Shown here one piece after another: positions 56,938-63,972 of a stretch of DNA of 64,000 nt (its first letter is position 1; each line of letters begins with the position of its first letter). This DNA is from a virus. A program made the translations under genes and the position numbers. Below the pieces are notes generated by a model. That model saw only the letters and a list, made by a program, of their open reading frames with translations. It ran no database searches and was not told the DNA's origin. The stretch covers positions 1-64,000 of IMG/VR virus record IMGVR_UViG_3300046710_000150; one strand, written 5' to 3'.

Positions 56938-57239
56938 TCGCGGACGTCGGCGACCTCGTCGCATACGAGGATCAGGCCAACCCGCGCACGGTCTACCGCG
57001 TCGTGGCGCTGCCAGCCGTCCTCCGCATAGGTGGACAGCCCAATCAGACCGACTACCGGCTCCACGAGGTCGAGACCGAAGAGGTCACGTGGTCCGATCT
57101 CAGGCAGGCGGGCTGGACCCGCGTCTGCAGCGAGTGCGACCGCGTCAAGGCCAACGGCGGCTTCGGCCCTCCCCACAACGCCAGCCCACGCTGCCAGTCT
57201 GGCGGCCACAACCACTGCACGTGCGATACTTGTTTCTAG
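56934..57239 (+). CDS. hypothetical Cys-rich protein
   Basis: GTG at 56934 (GTGA overlap). 101 aa, ending ...CQSGGHNHCTCDTCF. Confidence 0.6.
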   Translation: MIADVGDLVAYEDQANPRTVYRVVALPAVLRIGGQPNQTDYRLHEVETEEVTWSDLRQAGWTRVCSECDRVKANGGFGPPHNASPRCQSGGHNHCTCDTCF

Positions 57240-57258
57240 AAGCACATCCCGCTGTACA

Positions 57259-57693
57259 ATGGGTGTCATGAAGCGCACCTGCCGGTTCTGCGGCACCAAT
57301 GACCAAGCCGCGTTCTACGACCCCACCACCACATCTGGCATTGCCGCCGGTCATTGCTGCCGATCCTGCTGGGTCGAGAAGAGCGTGGAGTGGCGGCGAA
57401 CGCATCGAGACCAATGGAACCGGAAGCGCCATCGCACGATGACCATCAGGAAGTTGGGCATCGACGGCGAGACGTACGACGCGCTCATGGTCGAGGCTAG
57501 GTGCGCCGCCTGCGGAGCCACGGAGGGTCAGGTCAGGAACGGCAAGCCGTCCCGGCTGGCCATAGACCACGACCACGCTACAGGCCGCATCCGGGGCATC
57601 CTCTGCCACTCCTGCAACTTGGCTCTAGCCAACGCCAACGACGACCCGGCCATCCTTCGGGGGCTGATCGTCTATCTCGATACGTGCTTCTGA
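57259..57693 (+). CDS. HNH endonuclease (endonuclease VII type)
   Basis: ATG at 57259 or 57268. CAACGATEGQVRNGKPSRLAIDHDHATGRIRGILCHSCNLALANANDDPAILRGLIVYL. Confidence 0.85.
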   Translation: MGVMKRTCRFCGTNDQAAFYDPTTTSGIAAGHCCRSCWVEKSVEWRRTHRDQWNRKRHRTMTIRKLGIDGETYDALMVEARCAACGATEGQVRNGKPSRLAIDHDHATGRIRGILCHSCNLALANANDDPAILRGLIVYLDTCF

Positions 57694-57703
57694 GGAGGTC
57701 AAC

Positions 57704-57940
57704 ATGAAGCGTTTCGTGCTCAATCCGACGGAGGAGCGGCTCCTCCTCCACGTCCTGTCTGAGTACAGGGCGGCCCGCTTCGGTCGCGACCGAGCCAAGG
57801 CCAACCTCGCCAACGTCAACGATCACATCGGCTGGCGGCGCGAATTCGAGCGCGGCCTCGCCACGGAGAGCCTCAACATCAACCGCGAGTCGATCCGCAT
57901 CCTCACCGACGTCACCAGCATCCTGAGGACCCAACGATGA
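57704..57940 (+). CDS. hypothetical protein
   Basis: ATG directly after GGAGGTCAAC. 78 aa. Confidence 0.6.
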   Translation: MKRFVLNPTEERLLLHVLSEYRAARFGRDRAKANLANVNDHIGWRREFERGLATESLNINRESIRILTDVTSILRTQR

Positions 57941-58113
57941 CGACTCAGGAAGAGAACCTCGCCGTGATGGCGAGCGAGATGCGGGCAGCCCGGAACCTCA
58001 ACACGAGGCTCCACGACATCTGCCCGAAGTGCCGCCAGTGCCTCCGCAACCACGGGCAGCCCCGGCCACCCTCCCACCTCGACACGTGCCCAAACAAGGA
58101 GCCCCAGCCATGA
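57937..58113 (+). CDS. 58-aa CxxC protein (below ORF-track cutoff)
   Basis: ATGA overlap at both ends. MTTQEENLAVMASEMRAARNLNTRLHDICPKCRQCLRNHGQPRPPSHLDTCPNKEPQP. Confidence 0.5.
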   Translation: MTTQEENLAVMASEMRAARNLNTRLHDICPKCRQCLRNHGQPRPPSHLDTCPNKEPQP

Positions 58114-58763
58114 TGTCCGCGCAGTTGATCAAGGACGTCTCCGACGTCGCAGCCTACCGAGCGGCCGAAGAGGGACGCGTCCCTCTCTCGATCTGGGGCA
58201 AGCGTGACGCCACCCACATCCCCTTCCTCGGGGACTACACCCCCGAAGGATGGCGGCGAGCCCTCTGGTCCGACTTCTACACCACCCCCCGGGTGGGCTG
58301 GCCGTGGCGCGAGGACGAGGAGGCCACCTTCATGGTGGACACCTCCGGCTTCGGTGCCCCAGACGAGCCCGCGCTCACCATCGGGGAGTTCCAGACATTC
58401 GTGACCACCCCCCAGCGCCCCCAGAACGACTACGGCTGGGCCATCCGCGAGAGCGGCCAGTTCCAGATCGTCGTGGGTGCCTACATCGCGGATCCCGAGT
58501 CAAAGGGCAACCCGGCTCCGAGCGAGGACGACGTGACGTGCGAGGACTGCGGCACGGTCCACGACGGCATGGAGGAGTGCGACGAGGACGGCCTCAGGCA
58601 GATGTGTTCGCACGAGAACACCGAGACCGAGGACGAGGCAGACGGGGTCGCATTCGGAGCCGCCGTTCACCACGACGTGACGCGCTGCCTCGACTGCGGT
58701 GCCGAGCTACAGGACGTGGGGCCCGACGAGGACGGCCACGTGATCTGGGAGGTCGTGGACTGA
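58110..58763 (+). CDS. hypothetical protein, acidic C-terminus with Cys pairs
   Basis: ATG at 58110. 217 aa. Confidence 0.65.
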   Translation: MMSAQLIKDVSDVAAYRAAEEGRVPLSIWGKRDATHIPFLGDYTPEGWRRALWSDFYTTPRVGWPWREDEEATFMVDTSGFGAPDEPALTIGEFQTFVTTPQRPQNDYGWAIRESGQFQIVVGAYIADPESKGNPAPSEDDVTCEDCGTVHDGMEECDEDGLRQMCSHENTETEDEADGVAFGAAVHHDVTRCLDCGAELQDVGPDEDGHVIWEVVD

Positions 58764-58897
58764 TGCGGAACCCCAAGACGATCCCCGCCCCGGGCCAGAA
58801 GTGCTCCTCGTGCGGGGCCAAGGCCAACTTCCAGTGCTCCTGCGGCTGCGGAGCCGCAGGCTGCTTCAAGTGCAAGCGTGAAGGGAAGATCGGATGA
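58763..58897 (+). CDS. 44-aa Cys-rich peptide
   Basis: TGATG overlap. MRNPKTIPAPGQKCSSCGAKANFQCSCGCGAAGCFKCKREGKIG. Confidence 0.5.
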   Translation: MRNPKTIPAPGQKCSSCGAKANFQCSCGCGAAGCFKCKREGKIG

Positions 58898-59178
58898 CTG
58901 AGCGCGTAGGCCCTGACATGAGCGCCCTCTACCGCGAGGACGCCACCTTCGAGGAGACCATCGAGGTCTACCAGTACATGATCGACACCGGTCAGGCGTG
59001 GCACATGGAGGGCCACGTCGGCCGCACCGCCGCCCGCCTGATCGAGGACGGCTTCTGCACGCTGGGTCCGAAGCGCGTCAAGGACTACTGGGGTTCTGTG
59101 GTACCATCTCGCTATGATGTCACCCCCGGAACCAAAGGCTCAGACGAGTTCGTCGCCCCTCATCGAGAACAAGGATGA
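58894..59178 (+). CDS. hypothetical protein whose 3' end is supplied by the HNH cassette
   Basis: 94 aa. The last 20 codons (DVTPGTKGSDEFVAPHREQG) use low-GC3 codons and are a diverged duplicate of the orphan 59628-59690 (DVVPGTKGSAEYAQQRQAAR). Confidence 0.65.
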   Translation: MTERVGPDMSALYREDATFEETIEVYQYMIDTGQAWHMEGHVGRTAARLIEDGFCTLGPKRVKDYWGSVVPSRYDVTPGTKGSDEFVAPHREQG

Positions 59179-59608
59179 CGGCAAGTGGTGCCCCCGTTGC
59201 GGGGAGATCAAACCACTGGACAGCTTCCCACCCGATCCAAGAGGCAAGGCGGGTCGGTACTCCTATTGCTGGCCGTGCAAACGTGCCTACGAGCAAGCCA
59301 ACGCACGTCAGCGAGACCCTCAGAAGAAGCAAGAACACGAACGAGCGCGGACCCTCCGCCGGAAGGGGATCACCCCCGAGCAATACGACACGCTCCTCCG
59401 TGCTCAGGGTGGCGGCTGTGGGATATGCGGGTGCCTCGCCCCAAGGCACCGCCCCAACCAAAACCTGTTCATCGACCACAACCACCAAACAGGCCGAGTG
59501 CGCGGGATCCTCTGCGACCGCTGTAACTACGCGCTGGGATGGCTCAATAACGACCCAGCCCTATGCGAAGCAGCCGCAGGGTACCTACGTCGCACCTCGA
59601 CGCCCTAG
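59114..59608 (+). CDS. HNH endonuclease (endonuclease VII type)
   Basis: GGGCGICGCLAPRHRPNQNLFIDHNHQTGRVRGILCDRCNYALGWLNNDPALCEAAAGYL. Confidence 0.85.
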   Translation: MMSPPEPKAQTSSSPLIENKDDGKWCPRCGEIKPLDSFPPDPRGKAGRYSYCWPCKRAYEQANARQRDPQKKQEHERARTLRRKGITPEQYDTLLRAQGGGCGICGCLAPRHRPNQNLFIDHNHQTGRVRGILCDRCNYALGWLNNDPALCEAAAGYLRRTSTP

Positions 59609-59627
59609 CACCATCCCGGCCATCACC
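59116..59627 (+). mobile_element. 512-bp HNH insertion cassette
   Basis: Deleting exactly 59116-59627 joins ...VVPSRY in frame to DVVPGTKGSAEYAQQRQAAR-stop, whose TGA overlaps the GTG of the next gene, as at other junctions. Confidence 0.6.
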
Positions 59628-59686
59628 GACGTGGTGCCGGGGACGAAGGGCAGCGCGGAGTACGCGCAGCAGAGGCAGGCGGCGCG

Positions 59687-59968
59687 GTGATCACCCACGA
59701 GGCCATCCACGCGAGTACCGTCTACCGCCTCCACGTCATCGACGAGCCCGTGATGGAGACGTGGGACATCACGGTCAACTGGACACGCTACATCCTCGCC
59801 GAGACCGGCTGGGAGCGCGGCCATGGCGAGTGGATCACGCTCAGCGAAGACTCCATCGCATGGAGCTACATCGCCGAGAAGATGCCCCAGCTTGCCCAGC
59901 GCATCGGCGACAGGCCCGGGTGGGTCAAGGCGTTCGCCTTGGCCGGGGTCGAGGTCTTCGGCTGGTGA
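59687..59968 (+). CDS. hypothetical protein
   Basis: GTG at 59687 (GTGA overlap with the orphan 3' end). 93 aa. Confidence 0.6.
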   Translation: MITHEAIHASTVYRLHVIDEPVMETWDITVNWTRYILAETGWERGHGEWITLSEDSIAWSYIAEKMPQLAQRIGDRPGWVKAFALAGVEVFGW

Positions 59969-60138
59969 AGGTCTACCGCGTCACCTACTGGAAGGGCCAC
60001 GGCCTGACCACCACCGTCACAGTGCCCGCCCGGAGCGCGCAGGAGGCGCGTGAGGAGGCCCAGCGCCGCGACCCGAAGTACATCGTCAACGCCAAGCCGC
60101 CCCGCATCGTGGGCGAACAGGAGGTCAACCGATCATGA
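59965..60138 (+). CDS. 57-aa protein
   Basis: GTGA overlap. VKVYRVTYWKGHGLTTTVTVPARSAQEAREEAQRRDPKYIVNAKPPRIVGEQEVNRS. Confidence 0.5.
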   Translation: MKVYRVTYWKGHGLTTTVTVPARSAQEAREEAQRRDPKYIVNAKPPRIVGEQEVNRS

Positions 60139-60446
60139 GCGAGCTTCACTTCCTCGTTGTCTTCGACACCGAGACCAAGAGCTTCCGGGTGGGCGATCTG
60201 GGCGAGATGCCCGTCGACTCCGACGAGTCCGTCTGGGACGCGGCGGCCGACGAGTGGCGCAGGCCCACCGACGAAGAGTCCAGCCTCGCGGTCGATGCCG
60301 AGGGCGTCCTGATCCACGCGGTCCACGGCATCGGTGCCGAGATCACGATCTCGGCGCATGTCGAGACTCAGGTCTCCGTCACAGATGGCATCCCGGTCCA
60401 CGCCGAGCCCGGATCTCTCGCCGACCGACTGGCCGGTGGGCTATGA
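60135..60446 (+). CDS. acidic hypothetical protein
   Basis: ATG five nt after GGAGGTCAAC. 103 aa. Confidence 0.6.
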   Translation: MSELHFLVVFDTETKSFRVGDLGEMPVDSDESVWDAAADEWRRPTDEESSLAVDAEGVLIHAVHGIGAEITISAHVETQVSVTDGIPVHAEPGSLADRLAGGL

Positions 60447-60547
60447 CCGCCCGAGAGATCGAGAAGTACATCATCACGGGCGTGGCACTCGCCCTGATCG
60501 GCTACCTGTGGCTGATCACCGTCCTCGTGCAGGGGCCGAAGCCGTGA
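60443..60547 (+). CDS. 34-aa transmembrane peptide
   Basis: ATGA overlap. MTAREIEKYIITGVALALIGYLWLITVLVQGPKP. Confidence 0.5.
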   Translation: MTAREIEKYIITGVALALIGYLWLITVLVQGPKP

Positions 60548-60642
60548 AGTGCAAGTGGTGCAGCAGGCCGCTCTGGACCCACCCGAGCGGCTGGCTGATC
60601 TGCGTCAACCCTCGCTGCATTCGCTTCTGGAAAGGAGCCTGA
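60544..60642 (+). CDS. 32-aa CxxC...C..C peptide
   Basis: GTGA overlap. VKCKWCSRPLWTHPSGWLICVNPRCIRFWKGA. Confidence 0.45.
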   Translation: MKCKWCSRPLWTHPSGWLICVNPRCIRFWKGA

Positions 60643-60644
60643 AC

Positions 60645-61193
60645 ATGGGCCAGTACCACCTCATCGTGAACCTCGACAAGGGCGAATACATCCACCCCCA
60701 CAAGCTGGGCGACGGCCTCAAGTGGGGCGAGCAGGCAAGCTCCGAGCTGGGCATCATGACCGCGCTCTGGGGCGCGATCACCTGCCCCGAGCCGCGTGGC
60801 GGCGGCGATCCGAACGCGCATCCGTGGGTGGGCCGCTGGTACGGCGACCGCGTCGTGATGGTCGGCGACTACGCCGAGGACAAGGACCGCCCCGACGTCC
60901 CGCAGTGGGGAGCCCTGTACCACCGCTGCACCGACTCCTTCGCCGAGTGGGTCGAGGGGGAGCGCGCACGCCTCGTCGAGACCCACAGCTACTTCCAGTA
61001 CCGCAAGACGCCCGAGCGGATCGACGCGGTCGAGAAGGCGGGCCCGATCACCGACATGTCGGCAGTCGCCCGCGACTTCCTCAAGGTCCAGTTCGGCCTG
61101 AGGTTCAGCGGCACGGGCTGGCTGCAGCGCACCCGCCCCGGCAGCAGGGCTCCGCGAACCGCTCTGGCCCCCGACCTGATCATCCGAGGGTAG
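60645..61193 (+). CDS. hypothetical protein
   Basis: ATG at 60645 with AAGGAG upstream. 182 aa. Confidence 0.65.
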   Translation: MGQYHLIVNLDKGEYIHPHKLGDGLKWGEQASSELGIMTALWGAITCPEPRGGGDPNAHPWVGRWYGDRVVMVGDYAEDKDRPDVPQWGALYHRCTDSFAEWVEGERARLVETHSYFQYRKTPERIDAVEKAGPITDMSAVARDFLKVQFGLRFSGTGWLQRTRPGSRAPRTALAPDLIIRG

Positions 61194-61219
61194 ACATTCC
61201 CAACATGGACGTCTAAGAT
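61191..61219 (+). promoter_or_regulatory. sigma70-type promoter candidate
   Basis: TAGACA (61191-96), 17-nt spacer ttCCCAACATggacgtc, TAAGAT (61214-19). Followed by AGGAGGTCAAC and the ATG at 61241. Confidence 0.5.
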
Positions 61220-61240
61220 ACCCAACATAGGAGGTCAACT

Positions 61241-61519
61241 ATGGAGCCCGAGGTCCGCGTCGTTCCCCGACGCATCTTCCGCGTCACCTTCACCACGGCG
61301 ACAGGCGTCAAGCACTGGCGCTTCGTTCGCTGCCCGTATCAGGTCAAGTCCCCAGAGGACTGGGCCGACTCCCTCATCGGGATGCAGACCAAGCTCTCCG
61401 AGATGGTCCTGACCGGCGAGGTCGACCGGTTCACCATCTCGGCGGTCGTGCCCGAGCGCACCCACGCGGCGGCATCCCGGTCCATGCGCTGGCACGAAGT
61501 GCTGGGGCTGGTGGCCTGA
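61241..61519 (+). CDS. hypothetical protein
   Basis: ATG one nt after GGAGGTCAAC. 92 aa. Confidence 0.65.
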   Translation: MEPEVRVVPRRIFRVTFTTATGVKHWRFVRCPYQVKSPEDWADSLIGMQTKLSEMVLTGEVDRFTISAVVPERTHAAASRSMRWHEVLGLVA

Positions 61520-61635
61520 TGCTGTTCGCCCTGTTCCTCGGCGGGATCCTCCTCTACGCCATCGGCTCCGTCATGGACCGCCACGAGCGGGCCGAGCGCG
61601 AACGCCAGTGGCAGAAGCGCCGCCGACTCCGATGA
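61519..61635 (+). CDS. 38-aa transmembrane peptide
   Basis: TGATG overlap. MLFALFLGGILLYAIGSVMDRHERAERERQWQKRRRLR. Confidence 0.5.
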   Translation: MLFALFLGGILLYAIGSVMDRHERAERERQWQKRRRLR

Positions 61636-62072
61636 CCCGAACCTACGGTGGGCTGATCCGCGAACTGGGCCTCACCCCATGTCACGGCATCACGCCCACC
61701 GGCCACTACTGCCCCCTCACGTCGTACGAGCACGACCGGGGCACATGGTCGCGCACCATGAACGGCCTCGACATCGTCCACATCCTCGACGGACCCATCG
61801 ACGTCGGGTACGCCCACTGGGCCGACATGAAGCGGTTCCTGCTGATCTGTGCCCGCGCCCTCGACTACTCCCTCAACCCGGACATCCCCGAGCCGATCTG
61901 GCGCAAGGTCTACCGGGGCAACATGGCCGCCCGCGCCGTGGGGAAGCGGCTCCACATCCGCGTGCCCGCCCGCTACCACCGCTTCGACAAGACGGTGGTG
62001 CTGATGGGCACGACCGGCCTCGCCAACGACGTGCCCTTCCGCAAGGAAGCCTACGACTGGGCGAGGCGGTAG
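61632..62072 (+). CDS. hypothetical protein
   Basis: ATG at 61632 (ATGA overlap). 146 aa, ending with TAG. The next gene follows in the same frame. Confidence 0.6.
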   Translation: MTRTYGGLIRELGLTPCHGITPTGHYCPLTSYEHDRGTWSRTMNGLDIVHILDGPIDVGYAHWADMKRFLLICARALDYSLNPDIPEPIWRKVYRGNMAARAVGKRLHIRVPARYHRFDKTVVLMGTTGLANDVPFRKEAYDWARR

Positions 62073-63023
62073 GTGGGCATCCGCGACGTCCCCATCAACA
62101 TGCAGAAGGGCGGCCCCGGAACGAGCCCGGGGCGCTACGTCCTGCCCGGGACCAAGCTCCTCCGCCGGATCGGGGACCGCGACATGGTCGTGGTCAACGA
62201 CGACCTCGCGAAGGACAGCGTCATCCACTACACCCGGGGCAAGGTCGCCTGCAAGCGATGCGGCGAGCCCCGCCGAGCCGACGCCCTCGACGAGGAAGGA
62301 GTGTGCCGTTCGATCAACGTCTGTCTCCGGTATCAGCATCAGGAAGTGGAGATCATGACCTCAACACTCACCGTCGACTGGAAGAAGGACAACACCATCC
62401 CGCCATCGCAACAACGACGAGGTGGCGAAGATCATGCGGGACGAAGGTGTCACCCGCAGGCACGCCTACTCGATCCTGCGAAGGCGCAGCGAGGAGTCGG
62501 TCGAAGCCTGCGCTCCCTCATGGCGGCGCAGGAGGCCGAGGCATCCGTGGCGCTCGACGAGAGCCCGGAGGGCGCACACACGGCCAAGGGCGACAACCAC
62601 GCCCTGTTCGTCACCCAGAGCGGCGAGGTGTTCGACCCGGTCACCAACGTGGGCCCCGATCAGCAGGGGCAGGCCCACGACATCGCACACGAGCATGCAG
62701 CCAACGTGGCGAGGGCCATCGAGAACGCCCGCAAGCTCCAGCAGGAAGCCATCGCTCTGGGCGCTGGGACATCGAACTCCGGTGAGCCGGTCGACCCGTC
62801 GGACCACCGCCCGTGGCCTCAGGGCGACCTGAGTAGCTGGCCGAGGTTCAGCGAGATCCGCACCCGGGCCATCCGGGCCAAGAAGCTCAATCAGGCAGCC
62901 GATCTGCTGCAGGAAGTGGGAGGCCACGACGACGCAGTCCTGACGATCATGTCCGAGACCGAGTTCTCGGATCTCGAGAGCGAGGTTCTGGACCTCCTGA
63001 CCATGTACGGAGAGATCGAATGA
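62073..63023 (+). CDS. hypothetical protein with internal frame anomaly (HTH-like segment encoded in +1 frame at ~62410-62520)
   Basis: 316-codon open frame. Between about 62410 and 62520, GC3 is ~50% in this frame and ~84% in the +1 frame, which reads NNDEVAKIMRDEGVTRRHAYSILRRRSEESVEA. Confidence 0.5.
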   Translation: MGIRDVPINMQKGGPGTSPGRYVLPGTKLLRRIGDRDMVVVNDDLAKDSVIHYTRGKVACKRCGEPRRADALDEEGVCRSINVCLRYQHQEVEIMTSTLTVDWKKDNTIPPSQQRRGGEDHAGRRCHPQARLLDPAKAQRGVGRSLRSLMAAQEAEASVALDESPEGAHTAKGDNHALFVTQSGEVFDPVTNVGPDQQGQAHDIAHEHAANVARAIENARKLQQEAIALGAGTSNSGEPVDPSDHRPWPQGDLSSWPRFSEIRTRAIRAKKLNQAADLLQEVGGHDDAVLTIMSETEFSDLESEVLDLLTMYGEIE

Positions 63024-63319
63024 GGAAGCTCCTCGTCTTCGGCGAGAAGACGTTCAAGATCAGCATCCCCGACGACTCGAAGATCGCCTTGACGCCCGCG
63101 CTGGCGTACGACAGCCCCAAGGCGCTGTCGGGCACCCTGCGCGTCTACGAGAACGCCAAGACCGGGGCCAGCGTCCTCGCGGTGTTCAACGGCGTGAGCG
63201 GCTACCGCGACCTGTCTCTCGGCTATGCCGAGGAGGTCGCCAAGGAAGAGGGCGCAACGCTCTGGAAGAGCGATGAGCACGGCTACGAGCGCGAGGAGCG
63301 CGTGTCCGCGAAGACCTAG
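63020..63319 (+). CDS. hypothetical protein ending at in-frame amber
   Basis: ATGA overlap at the start. 99 aa up to TAG 63317-19. Confidence 0.65.
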   Translation: MRKLLVFGEKTFKISIPDDSKIALTPALAYDSPKALSGTLRVYENAKTGASVLAVFNGVSGYRDLSLGYAEEVAKEEGATLWKSDEHGYEREERVSAKT

Positions 63320-63400
63320 TGGGTCGACTCGGCGAAGCTCCTCGGCGACGGCAAGAAGAAGCGCGGCAAGAAGGCCGCAGAGAAGGAGGTCGAGTTCTAG
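63320..63400 (+). other. 26 coding-quality codons in frame after the amber (read-through extension or nonsense-truncated tail)
   Basis: WVDSAKLLGDGKKKRGKKAAEKEVEF-TAG. GC3 is 25/26, there is no start codon in this frame, and the second TAG overlaps the GTG of the next gene. Confidence 0.6.
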
Positions 63401-63732
63401 TGGGCATCAGCCTCAAGATCGAGATCACGTCCCCGATGGACGAGCGCGACCACGAGCTGCTCTCGGGCATCGCGGTCATGACGCTCGCCATCGCCAACCA
63501 CGAGCTGGCGCGGGCCAAGTTCCCCGAGGCGTTCACGGACGAGGAGACGCCCGCCCCGGAGGAGCCGACCGACGAGGAGCCGACCGCGCCCGTGAAGCTC
63601 TGCGGCGTCATCGCCCCGCCCCCTGACGGAGACATGATCTGCGTCAGCGAGGTGGGCCCGAGCGGCCTCCACAAGGGTCGCCACAAGTTCCGCCAGATCC
63701 CCGACGCCCGCGTCGGCATTCTGGAGAACTGA
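63400..63732 (+). CDS. hypothetical protein
   Basis: GTG at 63400 with AAGGAGG upstream. 110 aa. The ORF-track start at 63319 adds 27 low-GC3 codons. Confidence 0.6.
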   Translation: MGISLKIEITSPMDERDHELLSGIAVMTLAIANHELARAKFPEAFTDEETPAPEEPTDEEPTAPVKLCGVIAPPPDGDMICVSEVGPSGLHKGRHKFRQIPDARVGILEN

Positions 63733-63735
63733 TCC

Positions 63736-63972
63736 ATGCCCCCTCTACCGGCAGAGGGGCAGGCGCAGCGCGAGCTGCTCCTGCTCCTCCGCCACCACAT
63801 CGACACCGCCATGCGGTATCCCTCGTACGAAGCCGTCACCCTCGCGGTCGACTTCGCCAAGAGCCACCCTCGTGCCCTGCGGGGTGGTCACTTCGCGCAC
63901 CTCCTCGGCGTTCGCCGCTGGAAGTGGTTGGCAGAGCAAGGCATCTACCCAGAGCAGGAGGTCAACCGATGA
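63736..63972 (+). CDS. hypothetical protein
   Basis: 78-aa ORF. Confidence 0.6.
   Translation: MPPLPAEGQAQRELLLLLRHHIDTAMRYPSYEAVTLAVDFAKSHPRALRGGHFAHLLGVRRWKWLAEQGIYPEQEVNR

Noticed and set aside
57031-57258. Long N-terminal extension of the HNH ORF 57031..57693.
   Set aside because: The extension overlaps the well-supported gene 56934..57239 in another frame and is Arg/Ala/Ser/Pro-rich. The HNH gene starts at ATG 57259 or 57268.
63319-63399. ORF-track start at 63319 for the 63400 gene (MGRLGEAPRRRQEEARQEGRREGGRVL...).
   Set aside because: These 27 codons have very low GC3. The same bases are about 96% GC3 in the frame of the upstream gene. GTG 63400 has an AAGGAGG SD.
62070-63400. Idea that TAG is reassigned or generally read through in this phage. 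TAG 62070 is also followed in frame by the next gene.
   Set aside because: Other TAG codons (19071, 57237, 59606, 61191, 63398) are followed by non-coding-quality sequence in frame and behave as true stops. At 62070 the next codon is a good GTG start with a GAGG SD. Only 63317 has positive evidence.
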